Source: Gemmatimonadaceae bacterium
Lineage (GTDB): Bacteria > Gemmatimonadota > Gemmatimonadetes > Gemmatimonadales > Gemmatimonadaceae
Reading direction: 5' to 3'
Assembly (NCBI GenBank): GCA_044224875.1
Contig: JBGAJQ010000018.1
Span: 1 to 64,000, forward strand
DNA length: 64,000 nt
The position numbers and the translations under genes are program-made. Positions 20,637 to 30,952 of this stretch are shown here, piece by piece (the first letter of the stretch is position 1; every line of letters starts with the position of its first letter). The notes below the pieces were generated by a model. It saw nothing but the letters and a program-made list of their open reading frames with translations, did not search any database and had not been told where the DNA came from.

Positions 20637-21505
20637 TCCAGATTGGCGTGGTGGGGAACCGCGGATACGCCGACCTTGCTGGCGTTCTGGAGAGCCTGCG
20701 CCTGGCCGGTGCGGCGCTCGAGATCGAGTTTCAATATGAATCCGAGCTGTGCGCGATCGCTGGCGGAGAGTTACTCACCAGTCCCCAACGCATCAACGGC
20801 TTGTTGACCCTTGGCGGAGACGGCACGCTCCTGCGCGGTGCGCGCTGGTTGCGTGGCCATCAGGTCCCCATTCTCGGAGTGAACCTCGGCCGCCTCGGCT
20901 TCCTCACGGCATGTGGACGCGACGAACTCGGAGCGTCGCTGGAGCGATTCGTCCGTGGCGACTTTGTGCCCGACAAGCGTATGGCGTTGGAGGCGACGGC
21001 CGGGTTCGAGGCAAGCGCCAAGACGTGGCACGCCCTGAACGACGTGGTCGTTCACAAGAGCGGGAAAGCGCGTGTCATGCGCATGCACGTGGTCGTAGAC
21101 GGCGAGGAGATCGCCGAACTCGCTGCCGACGGGCTGGTGGTTGCCACTCCCACCGGATCCACCGCCTACAGCCTTTCCGCGGGAGGCCCGATCGTTGCGC
21201 CCGATCACGACTCTCTGCTGCTCACGCCTGTCTCAGCTCACACCTTGGCGATTCGCCCGATCTTGCTCTCGCCCGACTCCGAGGTCGTGGTGCGGGTTGA
21301 AGATGAGGATCGCGATTGTTTGGTAACGGTCGACGGCCAGGTGGGGGGTACGTTGGACGACACGGGAGAGGTGCGCATCGCACGTGCCGGGTATTCGGTG
21401 ATCCTCGCCCGATTCTCAGAGTCAACGTTCTTTTCGCGAAGGCGGCGCAAGCTTGGCTGGGGCACCGGGTCGTCCAGCGACGACGACATCAACATGGCAT
21501 GCTGA
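20633..21505 (+). CDS. nadK: NAD kinase
   Basis: LGGDGTLL, GVNLGRLGFL, LND, ATPTGSTAYSLSAGGP. Confidence 0.95.
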   Translation: MIQIGVVGNRGYADLAGVLESLRLAGAALEIEFQYESELCAIAGGELLTSPQRINGLLTLGGDGTLLRGARWLRGHQVPILGVNLGRLGFLTACGRDELGASLERFVRGDFVPDKRMALEATAGFEASAKTWHALNDVVVHKSGKARVMRMHVVVDGEEIAELAADGLVVATPTGSTAYSLSAGGPIVAPDHDSLLLTPVSAHTLAIRPILLSPDSEVVVRVEDEDRDCLVTVDGQVGGTLDDTGEVRIARAGYSVILARFSESTFFSRRRRKLGWGTGSSSDDDINMAC

Positions 21506-23247
21506 TCGAGCTCAGAATCCGGAACGTCGCAATCATCGACAACGTGGTGCTTGCCATCGCTCCCGGATTCAACGTGCTAAGCGGCGAGACGGGGGCGGGG
21601 AAGTCGATCATTGTCGGGGCACTCGGCCTGCTGCTCGGCGAACGCGGGCATGGCGACACCGTGCGCGCCGGGCAGGAACGGGCCTCGGTCGAAGGGGTCT
21701 TCGACGTTGCGGGGGAGGGGGGAGCGACTCTACGTCTGCTCGAGGAGCGAGGCATCGAGGTCGACGGAACGCAGGTCGTGCTACGGCGCGAGCTGACCGC
21801 AGGCGGACGAAGTCGAGCCTGGGTCAACGGTTCTACTGTCACGGCATCGCAGCTCGCCGAGATCGGCAGCCGACTGGTGGACCTGCATGGACAGCACGAG
21901 TCGCAGGCACTTCTCATCCCGGAGGCTCAGCTCGCGATACTCGACGGCTATGCCGGGTGCACAACGCTCGCCCAGCGCGTAAAGGCAGCCCACGCCGACT
22001 TGCAGCGCATTGCGAGCGAGCGGCGCTCACTCACAGAACGACGAGCCGAAGCGGAACGGCGGTCGGATTATCTGCGTCATGTAGTGCGCGAGATCGAGGA
22101 CGCCAAGCCGCTAGCGGGTGAGGACTTAAGGATCGAAGAAGAAGAGCGGCGTTTGGCTCATGTTCAGGACCTGCGTAAGCTCGCTGCGTCAGCCGGTGAG
22201 GCTTTGGACGGCGAGGAAGAAGCTATTCTCGCGCGGTTGTCTGCCGTCCGGAAATCGCTCTCCAGTGCTGAACGGATGGACCCGAGCCTGAGCCGTCTGG
22301 GTGAGCTCGTTGGCGGCGCAATGGACTCACTCTCCGAGGCCTCGCGGGAACTGCGGGACTACGAGGCGAATCTGGACGCCGACCCGGAGCGGTTGAGTCG
22401 ACTTGAGAAGAGACGAGACGTGCTGTATCGACTGACCAGCAAGTATGGGGGCTCGATTCAGGGGGTTCTGGAAACCCTGCGCGCGAGCCGATCGGAGCTT
22501 GATCTGGTCGACACAGCTTCCATTGATCTCAGCGCGTTGGCCGATCAGGAGTCGAAGGGAAGGGCGACGTTGGCAGCGGTGGCCGGGGAGTTGTCGGCGT
22601 CGCGGAAGAAGGGAGCTGCCGGGCTATCCCGCGACGTGTCGAAATCTCTCCCCAAACTCGGAATGGATGACGGTCGCTTCGACGTGGCGCTTTCGCCGAT
22701 CAGCGAGATCGGCCCGTCCGGGGCGGAAATCGTGGAATTTCGCGTCACGCTGAATGTGGGGCACGACTCTCGCCCGCTAGCTCGCGTTGCATCTGGTGGC
22801 GAGCTCTCGCGAGTGATGTTGGCCCTGAAGGGAGTATTGGCACAGCTGGACCACACGCCGACACTGGTCTTTGACGAAGTCGACGCGGGGATTGGCGGGC
22901 GTGTCGCGCTGCAGGTCGGCGACGCGATGCGAGAGTTGACGGCACACCATCAGGTGTTGGCGATCACGCACCTGGCCCAGATCGCCGCGCGCGCGCACCG
23001 ACAGGTCGTGGTGCGGAAGGACGCTCGCGGTGGGGTGACAACGGCGGATTTGGCGACGGTGGACGGCTCCGAGCGCGTTGAGGAAATCGCGCGGATGCTT
23101 GGGGGTGATCCGGCCAGCGAGACCAGCCGAGCGCACGCGCGCGAATTGCTACAGTCAGCCATCGAGCGGCCCGATCATCCGCCGACCGGTCGCGGCGATT
23201 CCGGTTCCAAGGCTCGCCCCGGCAAGCGGTCGTCGCGAGCGAGCTAA
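21499..23247 (+). CDS. recN: DNA repair protein RecN
   Basis: GETGAGKS, HGQHE, ASGGELSR, FDEVDAGIGG, ITHLAQIAA. Confidence 0.97.
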   Translation: MLIELRIRNVAIIDNVVLAIAPGFNVLSGETGAGKSIIVGALGLLLGERGHGDTVRAGQERASVEGVFDVAGEGGATLRLLEERGIEVDGTQVVLRRELTAGGRSRAWVNGSTVTASQLAEIGSRLVDLHGQHESQALLIPEAQLAILDGYAGCTTLAQRVKAAHADLQRIASERRSLTERRAEAERRSDYLRHVVREIEDAKPLAGEDLRIEEEERRLAHVQDLRKLAASAGEALDGEEEAILARLSAVRKSLSSAERMDPSLSRLGELVGGAMDSLSEASRELRDYEANLDADPERLSRLEKRRDVLYRLTSKYGGSIQGVLETLRASRSELDLVDTASIDLSALADQESKGRATLAAVAGELSASRKKGAAGLSRDVSKSLPKLGMDDGRFDVALSPISEIGPSGAEIVEFRVTLNVGHDSRPLARVASGGELSRVMLALKGVLAQLDHTPTLVFDEVDAGIGGRVALQVGDAMRELTAHHQVLAITHLAQIAARAHRQVVVRKDARGGVTTADLATVDGSERVEEIARMLGGDPASETSRAHARELLQSAIERPDHPPTGRGDSGSKARPGKRSSRAS

Positions 23248-23253
23248 CGGAAC

Positions 23254-24999
23254 CTAACGGCCCTTCGCGGGCGGCGTGGTTGGCGGTTTCGCCTTCGGCG
23301 GCCGGAATGGCGCGCCAAACACGCGAGCGTAGTAGCGGATGGCGAATGACGTCGTGGTGGCCTTCACCAATGCGTTCGTGCCGGCAATTGTCTGTTGCCG
23401 CATCACGGTCACTTCCAGGGGCCAGCGAGCCTGTCCGCGCTGCCAGGAAGCGAGTGTCGAGTACGTGATGCCCCCGCCGACGCGCTGTTCTTGTTGCGAC
23501 GTGTTGGTGTTGAGCACGCTCGCATCGAGGCTTTGGGTGGCGCCGGCCAGGTCCGTCACAGAGAACGTTCCCGAGTAAGCGTCCGCCGACTTGGTCGCGA
23601 AGCGATACCAACCGGCGAACGTGAGCACCTCGTTCGGTGAGAAGCGCGGAAAGACGTCGATGGAGAGGACATCGCCAAGGTCTCGTTGCACGTCCTGTTG
23701 GCGGTAGAGTGCAGGGAACGGCGTGCCCGGCGCCGCGACGCGGATGGGAAGCCGGTCCGCCTGCTGCACTGCGTACCGTGCGACCACAGAGGCCCACAGG
23801 CGCTTACTGACCATCGCGTCGACGTACGCGGCGCCCTCGATGTCCGGACTGCGATCCCCGGTGCCTACATCCGCGAAGTTGTCGGGTGCCTCCTGTTGCG
23901 CCGCGGGGAGGCGATACGCGCCGGACACCGCGAGTCGCAGGCCGGGGCGATCGTCCGATGGAGCAACCGCCCGAACCGGCCGAGTGGTATCCAGCAACAG
24001 AAACTTGGCACCGACCGTGATGTCACCGAGGTGACTCCGCCTAACGCTTTCCATCGGGACCGCGGCAATACCGAGCGCGGAATCGCCAAGGACGGCCTGC
24101 AGGGAGTTGTAGGCCAGGAGGGCGGCGCCCACAGGCCGGGCGTCCACCCACGTGGTTAGCCCGGTTGGCGCACCAAGATACGTGGCAAAATCGCTGGCGA
24201 TGCCGCTGAGGAGCTGAAACACGGAGGCCTGAATCGCCGAATTGCCTAACGGCGCGAACGCGTTGCCGTGTATCGTGGATGTACCGTAGATCTTGCCAAC
24301 GGAGGTGGCCACACGCCCCGCCAGCGACACCAGGGCGGCGGCTCCCGCGCGATTGGCGTTGATGGCTGAACACGAGGCGTCGTTCGAGGTCGCACAACGC
24401 GTCAGTTCGGACGACAGCTGGGTCGCGGCGGTCGTCAGCTGAGACACCACCTGCGCGTTGACCGCCATGGTCGCAGGCGTCACGGCGCCGGGATTCAAGC
24501 CCACATTGGCCGTGGCAATCGGCACGTTGGGATACAGCGTGAGGTCGTTCAGCGTCTTGACGTAAGGCACCAGCACGGAGAGCATCAGCCGGTTTGTGAG
24601 CCCGACGTCGATGGAAAACGGCGTGCTATAGATGCCGAGATCCATCGTGGTGCGCAGGGTCCCGGCGCTCAAGGCATCGACGGAGGTACCGAGCAGCCCC
24701 TGGAGTTCGGCGCGTAGGGGAGTCAGGTGCTCGAACATCGCGGCGCCCATGGTTCCCGAGAAGTCCGCACCTAACGGTTCCGGTTGCCCCGCGGTGGGGG
24801 AGCCGTCGCGTCCAAAACGCTCGTTGGCGAACGACCAATCGGAACGGACCCCAACGCGCAGCTGACCGGCCCGCAGGACGGTGGCGTCTTCGCCGGGACC
24901 ACGAGCGCGCTGCGCGCTGGTGGAGATCCACGGCACAAAGGTCCAGAGCGCAGCCAGCATCCACGAGCGCTGCGCGCGTTTCAGAATCGTTCGTTGCAC
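23254..24999 (-). CDS. Hypothetical exported protein, probable outer-membrane beta-barrel with a helical insertion
   Basis: Signal-peptide-like N-terminus (…TSAQ); alternating beta-strand segments (SIDVGLTNRLMLSVLVPYV, LGDITVGAKFLL); start uncertain (GTG 24999 or ATG 24960). Confidence 0.6.
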   Translation of the reverse strand: MQRTILKRAQRSWMLAALWTFVPWISTSAQRARGPGEDATVLRAGQLRVGVRSDWSFANERFGRDGSPTAGQPEPLGADFSGTMGAAMFEHLTPLRAELQGLLGTSVDALSAGTLRTTMDLGIYSTPFSIDVGLTNRLMLSVLVPYVKTLNDLTLYPNVPIATANVGLNPGAVTPATMAVNAQVVSQLTTAATQLSSELTRCATSNDASCSAINANRAGAAALVSLAGRVATSVGKIYGTSTIHGNAFAPLGNSAIQASVFQLLSGIASDFATYLGAPTGLTTWVDARPVGAALLAYNSLQAVLGDSALGIAAVPMESVRRSHLGDITVGAKFLLLDTTRPVRAVAPSDDRPGLRLAVSGAYRLPAAQQEAPDNFADVGTGDRSPDIEGAAYVDAMVSKRLWASVVARYAVQQADRLPIRVAAPGTPFPALYRQQDVQRDLGDVLSIDVFPRFSPNEVLTFAGWYRFATKSADAYSGTFSVTDLAGATQSLDASVLNTNTSQQEQRVGGGITYSTLASWQRGQARWPLEVTVMRQQTIAGTNALVKATTTSFAIRYYARVFGAPFRPPKAKPPTTPPAKGR

Positions 25000-25088
25000 G
25001 GTAAGTTGCAGGAGACCGTCACCGAGGGGCCCGCGGCGGTCAAAGGGATGAGCCTTCCCTCGGGTATCCGACGCACGAAACCTAACAC

Positions 25089-26876
25089 ATGGTAGTATCA
25101 ACGCCGATTCCGCAGGTTCCGTGGCAAATCACGGGCAACCATTGGCTGGCCGTCCCGTGCATCCACCCCGGCGATGGCGGCGTGTATGCGCTCGGGGTGC
25201 TGCACCGCGGTTCGCGCGCGGCCGTCGAGTTTGCCGGAGGCCCCGACTTTCTTGCGGGAAGGGGACCCGCGCTCGCGCGTCCGGTCTTCGAGATCGATGG
25301 CAACCGCGTTGCACTGGATAGCACGTCCCTGGCGTGGGAACGCGCCTTTGGTTGGCTTCCGACGTTTACGTGTACGATCGCCGGCATCTTGGTGCGTGCC
25401 ACGGTATTCGCCCCGTACGGCCGAGATGCGGACACCGCCGGCGCCGTCTACGCGTTTGCGTTCGAAAGTCGTCGCGAGGACGAGTGCCGTCTCTCGATCC
25501 ACCTGGAGGGCGAACTCGGGCATCGTCAGCTGCGCGTGCGAACCGCACGCCCCTTCGCCGATGCGCACTTGGTGTCACGGGCGGACGACGACACCGTGGT
25601 CCTGAGGGGGGCGGCACTCCCCGGCGTGGCCGCCGTGGCGATCGGGGCCGATGGCGACTCGACGGTCGAGATTCCTAACGACGGCGACGCACGCTATTCG
25701 GTCCGTCGTAGCGTGCGGGTCCCGCCGCAGGGGCACGCCGATGCTGCGTTCTTCTTCGCCGTTGGGCCAGAAGGCGATGGTGCCGTTTCCACGGTCGGGG
25801 TGATGCGACGCCGCGGCTGGCGGTCCCTGCTGAGCGCCACTCGTGATGCGCTTCGCTCGCTGGAGCAGAGCACGGGACACGAGACCGTGGACGGCCTCGT
25901 CAACCGCAACCTGCTCCTCTGCTACTTCTACTCGGTGGCACGCGGGCTGGACGACGCGCACTTCTACCTGGTGCGGACGCGCGCCCCGTGGCACAGCCGC
26001 GGTGTGACCGTGCGCGAATGGGAGGCGCTCACCTGGACCATTCCGGCGGTGCAGCTGGCGGATCCGCCATTGGCCAGGGAATTGCTGCTGCGTGCCTGCG
26101 AGGTCCATGGCTACGCCCCGGGCATCGGCGTCCGGTACCTGGACGGCACCCTGTTCGAGCCAGGCTTTTGCCTCGAAGGCGCGGCGAGCTATGCGCTGGC
26201 GGCCGATCGCTACATCCGCGATACCGGCGATGAGCAGGTCGTCGAGGAACCGGTACTCGCCGATACCCTGTACGCATCACACGAGGACATCGCGGCGCGC
26301 CGCCACGGCGAGATTCCACTGTACAGTACGGAGGTGACTCCGAGCGGTCGTGCCGCTGCGTTTCCCTACACGCTGCACGCGAATGCCGTCGCCGCCCAGG
26401 CGCTGGACGTGTTCAGGCGAACGCTCGACGAGGAGACGGCCCGTGGTGTGCAAGATCCCGAGGCGGTGCGGGCGGCATTGCGGCGACACTTCGCCACGGA
26501 GCGCGAAGGGAAGGCCATGTTCCGGTCGGCGGTGAACCTGACGGGAGAAGCCGTGGCCGATGACGACCCCATGGTCTCCGTGCTGTGGTTGCCTCACTAT
26601 GACCTGCTGGATCGGTCGGACTCGGCGTATCGGCGCACCGTGAAGGCGCTGGACGTGTCGCCCCAGTTCCTCGTCCAGCAGTGCGCCCGTTTGATGGGGC
26701 CGGATGCGAAAGAGGTGCTGCAGTGGCTCCGGCGCGCGCCCTTGCATCTTGGACTCGCCGCCGAAGAAGTGGACGCGGAGGGGCGGGCCACGGGAAACGG
26801 CGGAGATGCGGCGCTGGGCGGATTGCTCGCGTATACGTGCTGGTACTCGGTGCATGCGTTAGGCGTGACGCCATGA
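25089..26876 (+). CDS. Six-hairpin glycosidase-like protein (GH125-related, divergent)
   Basis: Beta-rich N-terminal half; helical C-terminal half with RYLDGTLFEPGF and YIRDTGD; overlaps galK. Confidence 0.55.
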   Translation: MVVSTPIPQVPWQITGNHWLAVPCIHPGDGGVYALGVLHRGSRAAVEFAGGPDFLAGRGPALARPVFEIDGNRVALDSTSLAWERAFGWLPTFTCTIAGILVRATVFAPYGRDADTAGAVYAFAFESRREDECRLSIHLEGELGHRQLRVRTARPFADAHLVSRADDDTVVLRGAALPGVAAVAIGADGDSTVEIPNDGDARYSVRRSVRVPPQGHADAAFFFAVGPEGDGAVSTVGVMRRRGWRSLLSATRDALRSLEQSTGHETVDGLVNRNLLLCYFYSVARGLDDAHFYLVRTRAPWHSRGVTVREWEALTWTIPAVQLADPPLARELLLRACEVHGYAPGIGVRYLDGTLFEPGFCLEGAASYALAADRYIRDTGDEQVVEEPVLADTLYASHEDIAARRHGEIPLYSTEVTPSGRAAAFPYTLHANAVAAQALDVFRRTLDEETARGVQDPEAVRAALRRHFATEREGKAMFRSAVNLTGEAVADDDPMVSVLWLPHYDLLDRSDSAYRRTVKALDVSPQFLVQQCARLMGPDAKEVLQWLRRAPLHLGLAAEEVDAEGRATGNGGDAALGGLLAYTCWYSVHALGVTP

Positions 26877-28009
26877 CGGTGGACCGTGCCCACGATCTCT
26901 TCCGTCGTACCTATGGCATCGAGCCGACTGTGATCGCCTCCGCGCCGGGTCGCGTGAACGTGATCGGGGAGCACACGGACTACAATGGGGGCGACGTCCT
27001 CCCGATCGCCCTTCAGTTGCGGACGACGGTCGCCCTTCGCCCATGCGCCGGGCGCGAGTCGCGTGCTGTCTCCGAGCAGACGTCGGGCGTCGGGTGTTTT
27101 CAGGCCGGCGCATCCGATCGTTCGGGAGGATGGTGGGACTACCTCGCTGGCACGGTTTGGGCGGTGCACGACGAGCGCGATGCACAGTGCGTGCAGCTGG
27201 CGGTGGCCAGCGATGTTCCGGTTGGCGCGGGTTTGAGTTCGTCGGCCGCCGTCGAGGTCGCGACGGCCACCGCGTTGCAGGCCCTCCATGGTGCGACGGA
27301 GCCGGACCTCTTGCAGGCGGCCCGCGCGGCGCATAAGGCGGAAACACAGTTCGTGGGCGTTCCGTGTGGCATCATGGACCAGTTCGCAAGCGCCCTTTGC
27401 CGACAAGGTCAGGCGTTATGGCTCGCTTGCGATCGCGAGGAGGCGCAACTGGTTCCATTTGCGCCGCTCGTCCTGGTCTTCGACACCGTCGTCCCGCGTG
27501 AACTTCGCAAGTCCGCCTACAGCACACGGCGCGCCGAATGCGAAGAGGCGCTGGCGGCCATTCGGCGCTCGGCGCCGCACGTGACGGCGTTGGCTCGTGC
27601 GAGTGCGGAGGCGGTGGAACTCGCCGAGATGTCGCCGACTGTCAGACGGCGCGCGCGCCACGTGGTGAGCGAGACCCTGCGCGTGGGACGCTTAGTCCAG
27701 TTGCTCCAGGAGCGAAACGCCAGCACGGCGATTGGCGCGCTCTTGCTGGCGTCGCACGCGTCCCTTCGCGACGACTATGAGTGCTCGACGCCGGAGCTCG
27801 ACTGGTTTGTCGAGCAGGCGCAAGTGGCTCCGGGCGTCCACGGTGCGCGCCTAACGGGAGCTGGTTGGGGAGGCTGCGCCATCGCGGTGGGTTCCGCGGA
27901 CGGGCTGCGGGCGTTCGCCGAGCGCGCCAGCGCGGAATTCGTGGCACGCTTTGGACGGACTCCACGCTGGTGGATGTCGTCGGCGGCAGACGGCGCGCGG
28001 CTTCACTGA
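26873..28009 (+). CDS. galK: Galactokinase
   Basis: APGRVNVIGEHTDYN, PVGAGLSSSAA, CGIMDQ, GARLTGAGWGGC. Confidence 0.93.
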   Translation: MTVDRAHDLFRRTYGIEPTVIASAPGRVNVIGEHTDYNGGDVLPIALQLRTTVALRPCAGRESRAVSEQTSGVGCFQAGASDRSGGWWDYLAGTVWAVHDERDAQCVQLAVASDVPVGAGLSSSAAVEVATATALQALHGATEPDLLQAARAAHKAETQFVGVPCGIMDQFASALCRQGQALWLACDREEAQLVPFAPLVLVFDTVVPRELRKSAYSTRRAECEEALAAIRRSAPHVTALARASAEAVELAEMSPTVRRRARHVVSETLRVGRLVQLLQERNASTAIGALLLASHASLRDDYECSTPELDWFVEQAQVAPGVHGARLTGAGWGGCAIAVGSADGLRAFAERASAEFVARFGRTPRWWMSSAADGARLH

Positions 28010-28104
28010 GTGCGTCGCTCCCGCGCGAATTGCGTTGGGCATCGACCGACATGGACGGCGTCTGCTTGTCGGCACGGCCGTGGCGGCACTATCTTCTTTG
28101 TCAC

Positions 28105-28177
28105 GCGGGAATAGCTCAGTTGGTAGAGCACAACCTTGCCAAGGTTGGGGTCGCGGGTTCGAGTCCCGTTTCCCGCT
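28105..28177 (+). tRNA. tRNA-Gly (GCC)
   Basis: GCGGGAA acceptor stem, D arm AGCTCAGTTGGTAGAGC, anticodon GCC at 28138-40, GGTTCGAGTCC; CCA not encoded. Confidence 0.98.
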
Positions 28178-28185
28178 CTAAATCG

Positions 28186-28217
28186 AAAGAGGGAGCGCCA
28201 CTTGGCGCTCCCTCTTT
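28186..28217. terminator. Bidirectional intrinsic terminator
   Basis: AAAGAGGGAGCGCC-ACTT-GGCGCTCCCTCTTT between tRNA-Gly and the convergent ORF. Confidence 0.85.
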
Positions 28218-28247
28218 GTCTTCAGAGCCTTTCGCGAACCGCTGCAA

Positions 28248-28859
28248 CTACCGAACGAGCGGAAGGACAGGGGTTGCGGTTTCTGGCAGTGCCGTGACCG
28301 GGCCCGGATCAACCGAGATCGGCTGCGACACGGGTTGAATGATCACTGGGCTCGGGTCCGCAGCGATCGGTTGGGGAACAGGCATGATCGTGACCGGTTC
28401 CTGATGCATGGGTTCCTTACCGCCATGTTCGCCGTGTCCATGGAACTCGGCGCGCAGCTTTGCCAGCGCGGTCTTCGCCGCGTCAGCATCGCCCGCCTGG
28501 ACGGCTTGTGCCAACGCGCGCAGGTCACCGCTCACCTTCTTGAACGGCTGCGCGATCTGGCTGCGCGAATACGTCGTCGCGCGCTCCGTGGTCATCGAGG
28601 CCAGCGCGGACTGCGCGGCAGTCATGTCGCCAGCATCAACGGCCTGGACCAACTGCTTGAACTCACTGCGAAAGCCCGTCTTCTCCGAGCCCTTGGATTC
28701 CGCGTTCTTCACGTTCTTCATGATCTTCGCGAAGGACTCGCGTGCTCCCTGGACGTCGCCATTGGCGAGCGCCTCGCGCAGCTTCTTCACGTTGGGCCGG
28801 CGCACCTGCGAAGGTGCGGATTCGGATCCCGCCCCTGATCCAATTCCCGACACTGCCAT
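28248..28859 (-). CDS. Hypothetical protein with three helical repeats and a Pro-rich tail
   Basis: Strong RBS AGGAGG; repeats LREALANGDVQGA, LVQAVDAGDMTAA, LAQAVQAGDADAA. Confidence 0.75.
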   Translation of the reverse strand: MAVSGIGSGAGSESAPSQVRRPNVKKLREALANGDVQGARESFAKIMKNVKNAESKGSEKTGFRSEFKQLVQAVDAGDMTAAQSALASMTTERATTYSRSQIAQPFKKVSGDLRALAQAVQAGDADAAKTALAKLRAEFHGHGEHGGKEPMHQEPVTIMPVPQPIAADPSPVIIQPVSQPISVDPGPVTALPETATPVLPLVR

Positions 28860-29145
28860 CGTATCCTCCTGTTAGCCTCGTCACCTTCGTGGGCTCCAAC
28901 CGGAGTCGCCACACGTGTCCCCACTTGTCACTCCCTGAGTATCGGCCCGACGATGGAAAACAGCAGCCGTAGAGGACCTGCGTTCCGGATACCCGCCAGG
29001 TGGTGACCTCTGGCAGACGCGCATCGCGCTCTGAACGCATGATTGGCCGAGAGCCTAACGTACGCTCTGTGACGGAGTTAGATTGGTCGACGGCTGGTCC
29101 CCTCCGGGGAATAGTTTACCGGTTGTAGTTTTGAGCGGATCGTCG

Positions 29146-29228
29146 GCGCGGGTGGCGAAATGGTAGACGCGAGGGACTTAAAATCCCTTTCCCGTAAGGG
29201 AGTGCGGGTTCGAGTCCCGCCCCGTGCA
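29146..29228 (+). tRNA. tRNA-Leu (TAA)
   Basis: GCGCGGG/CCCGTGC acceptor stem, GGCGAAATGGTAGACGC, anticodon arm AGGGA-CTTAAAA-TCCCT, long variable arm, GGTTCGAGTCC. Confidence 0.97.
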
Positions 29229-29284
29229 CTCCGACGCATCACGGTGCCCACCACAGACACCCCCACATCAGCAGGCCACCTCTC

Positions 29285-30900
29285 ATGACATGGTCGATCC
29301 GCCTCGCGGTCCGATGCGCTGCCTTGGGCTTACTCGCGGGCTGCACGCGTCGAGTCTCCGTGGGGGGACCGGTGCCGCGTACCGATGGTCTGTTGCAGGC
29401 CGTTGTGCCTGCACCGGAGTCGGTGCAGCTGTCGAACGAGCAGTGGTTCAGCATGGACTCTGCGACGGCGGTCGTCATCGACGCATCCGCCGATGCCGAC
29501 GTGCAGCGAGTTGCCAACGAATTCGCATCGCTGGTTCGTGTGCACCCGATTTTCTCGCCGCTGGGAACGCCGGCCGTGAGCGGGCGGCGTGAGGTCGTGG
29601 CACAGCGTCTACCTGCAGGAGGAACCAATCCCGCACATGGGGTTCACATCCGCCTGGACGCGAGTCGGGCGGCCCTCGGTCCCGAAGGATATGAGCTGAC
29701 GGTCAGCACGGACCGGGTATCGGTGGTGGCGCCGACGGCAGCCGGCCTGTTCTACGGCGTGCAGACGCTGCGCCAGCTCATGCCATCGTCAGTCGAGCAT
29801 CGGGATGCAACATCGCGTGCGTGGCGCGTGCCGGTCGGTCGTATTTCGGACCGACCGCGATTCGGCTGGCGGGGCGCCATGTTGGACGTCACCCGTCATT
29901 TCCTCGCTCCCGACGACGTCAAGCGGTTCATCGACGTCATGTCCCTCTACAAGCTCAATCGGTTGCACCTGCACCTGTCCGATGACCAGGGTTGGCGCAT
30001 CGAAGTCAAGTCGCGTCCGCGCCTCACGTCCTTTGGCGGCCTAAGCGAGGTTGGCGGCGGTGAAGGGGGCTTCTACTCGCAGGAGCAGTTTGTCGACCTG
30101 GTCGCCTACGCGCGCCGGCACTTCATCGAGATCATTCCAGAGATCGAGATGCCGGCGCACAGCAACGCCGCGCTGTCGAGCTACGCGGAACTCAACTGCG
30201 ACAACGTCGCCCCGCCAGCCTACACGGGCATCAACGTCAGTTTCAGCGCCATGTGCGTGCAGCGCGAGGAGGTCTACCGTTTCGTTGACGACGTTGTCCG
30301 CGAGGTCGGGGCACTGGTGCCGTCCCCCTGGTTCCATATCGGCGGCGATGAAGTGCCGCGCTTGACGCACGACGAGTTCGCTCGATTCATCGAGCGCGTC
30401 GAACAGATCGTGAAGTCTCACGGGAAGCAGATGATCGGGTGGGGAGAGATCGCGACGACCAACGTGACGCCGGCGGCTATCGTCCAGCACTGGAATCCCG
30501 ATTCCGTGGCGCGTCACGTGGCGCGCGGCGGCCGCGTCATCCTCTCGCCCAGCAGCCGAACGTACCTCGATATGAAGTACGACAGCTCAACCGTGCTCGG
30601 GCTGACGTGGGCTGGCCTGATCAGCGTGCGGCACGCGTACGAGTGGGATCCCGCCACCGTGGTACCCGGCGTGACCGAGCCGGGCATCCTCGGGGTCGAA
30701 GGTCCGCTCTGGGCAGAGACGCTCGAGAAGCGCTCCGACTGAATACCTCGCTTTTCCGAGGTTGCGCTGGCGCTCGCCGAGGTCGCGTGGTCGCCCGCGA
30801 CCGCTCGCCATTGGCAGGACTTCAGGCTTCGCCTGGGAGCCCAGGGCGCACGTCTCCAGGCACTCGGCGTGAACTTCTATAGAGATCCCGAGGTCCCCCG
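29285..30900 (+). CDS. Beta-N-acetylhexosaminidase (GH20) lipoprotein; 3' end disrupted by indels near 30740-30765
   Basis: Lipobox LAGC; WRGAMLDVTRHF, HLHLSDDQGWR, PEIEMPAH, HIGGDE catalytic motif, YLDMKY, LWAET. After TGA 30740-42 homology resumes (EYLAFPRL, LAEVAWS). True end uncertain. Confidence 0.85.
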
Positions 30901-30917
30901 GGGCGCGTTGGGCTCCA

Positions 30918-30952
30918 GACGTCGCCGCATTTCCTCGGAACGCGGCGACGTC
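30918..30952. terminator. Hairpin between the convergent GH20 and aminotransferase genes
   Basis: GACGTCGCCGC-13nt-GCGGCGACGTC inverted repeat. Confidence 0.5.

Noticed and set aside
28105..29284. Integrative element or prophage at tRNA-Gly/tRNA-Leu
   Set aside because: No integrase, phage genes or duplicated tRNA 3' end were found in the window.
30740..30742. TGA read-through (selenocysteine) in the GH20 gene
   Set aside because: The conserved EYLAFPRL lies in another frame, so compensating indels explain it better; GH20 has no catalytic Cys at this position.
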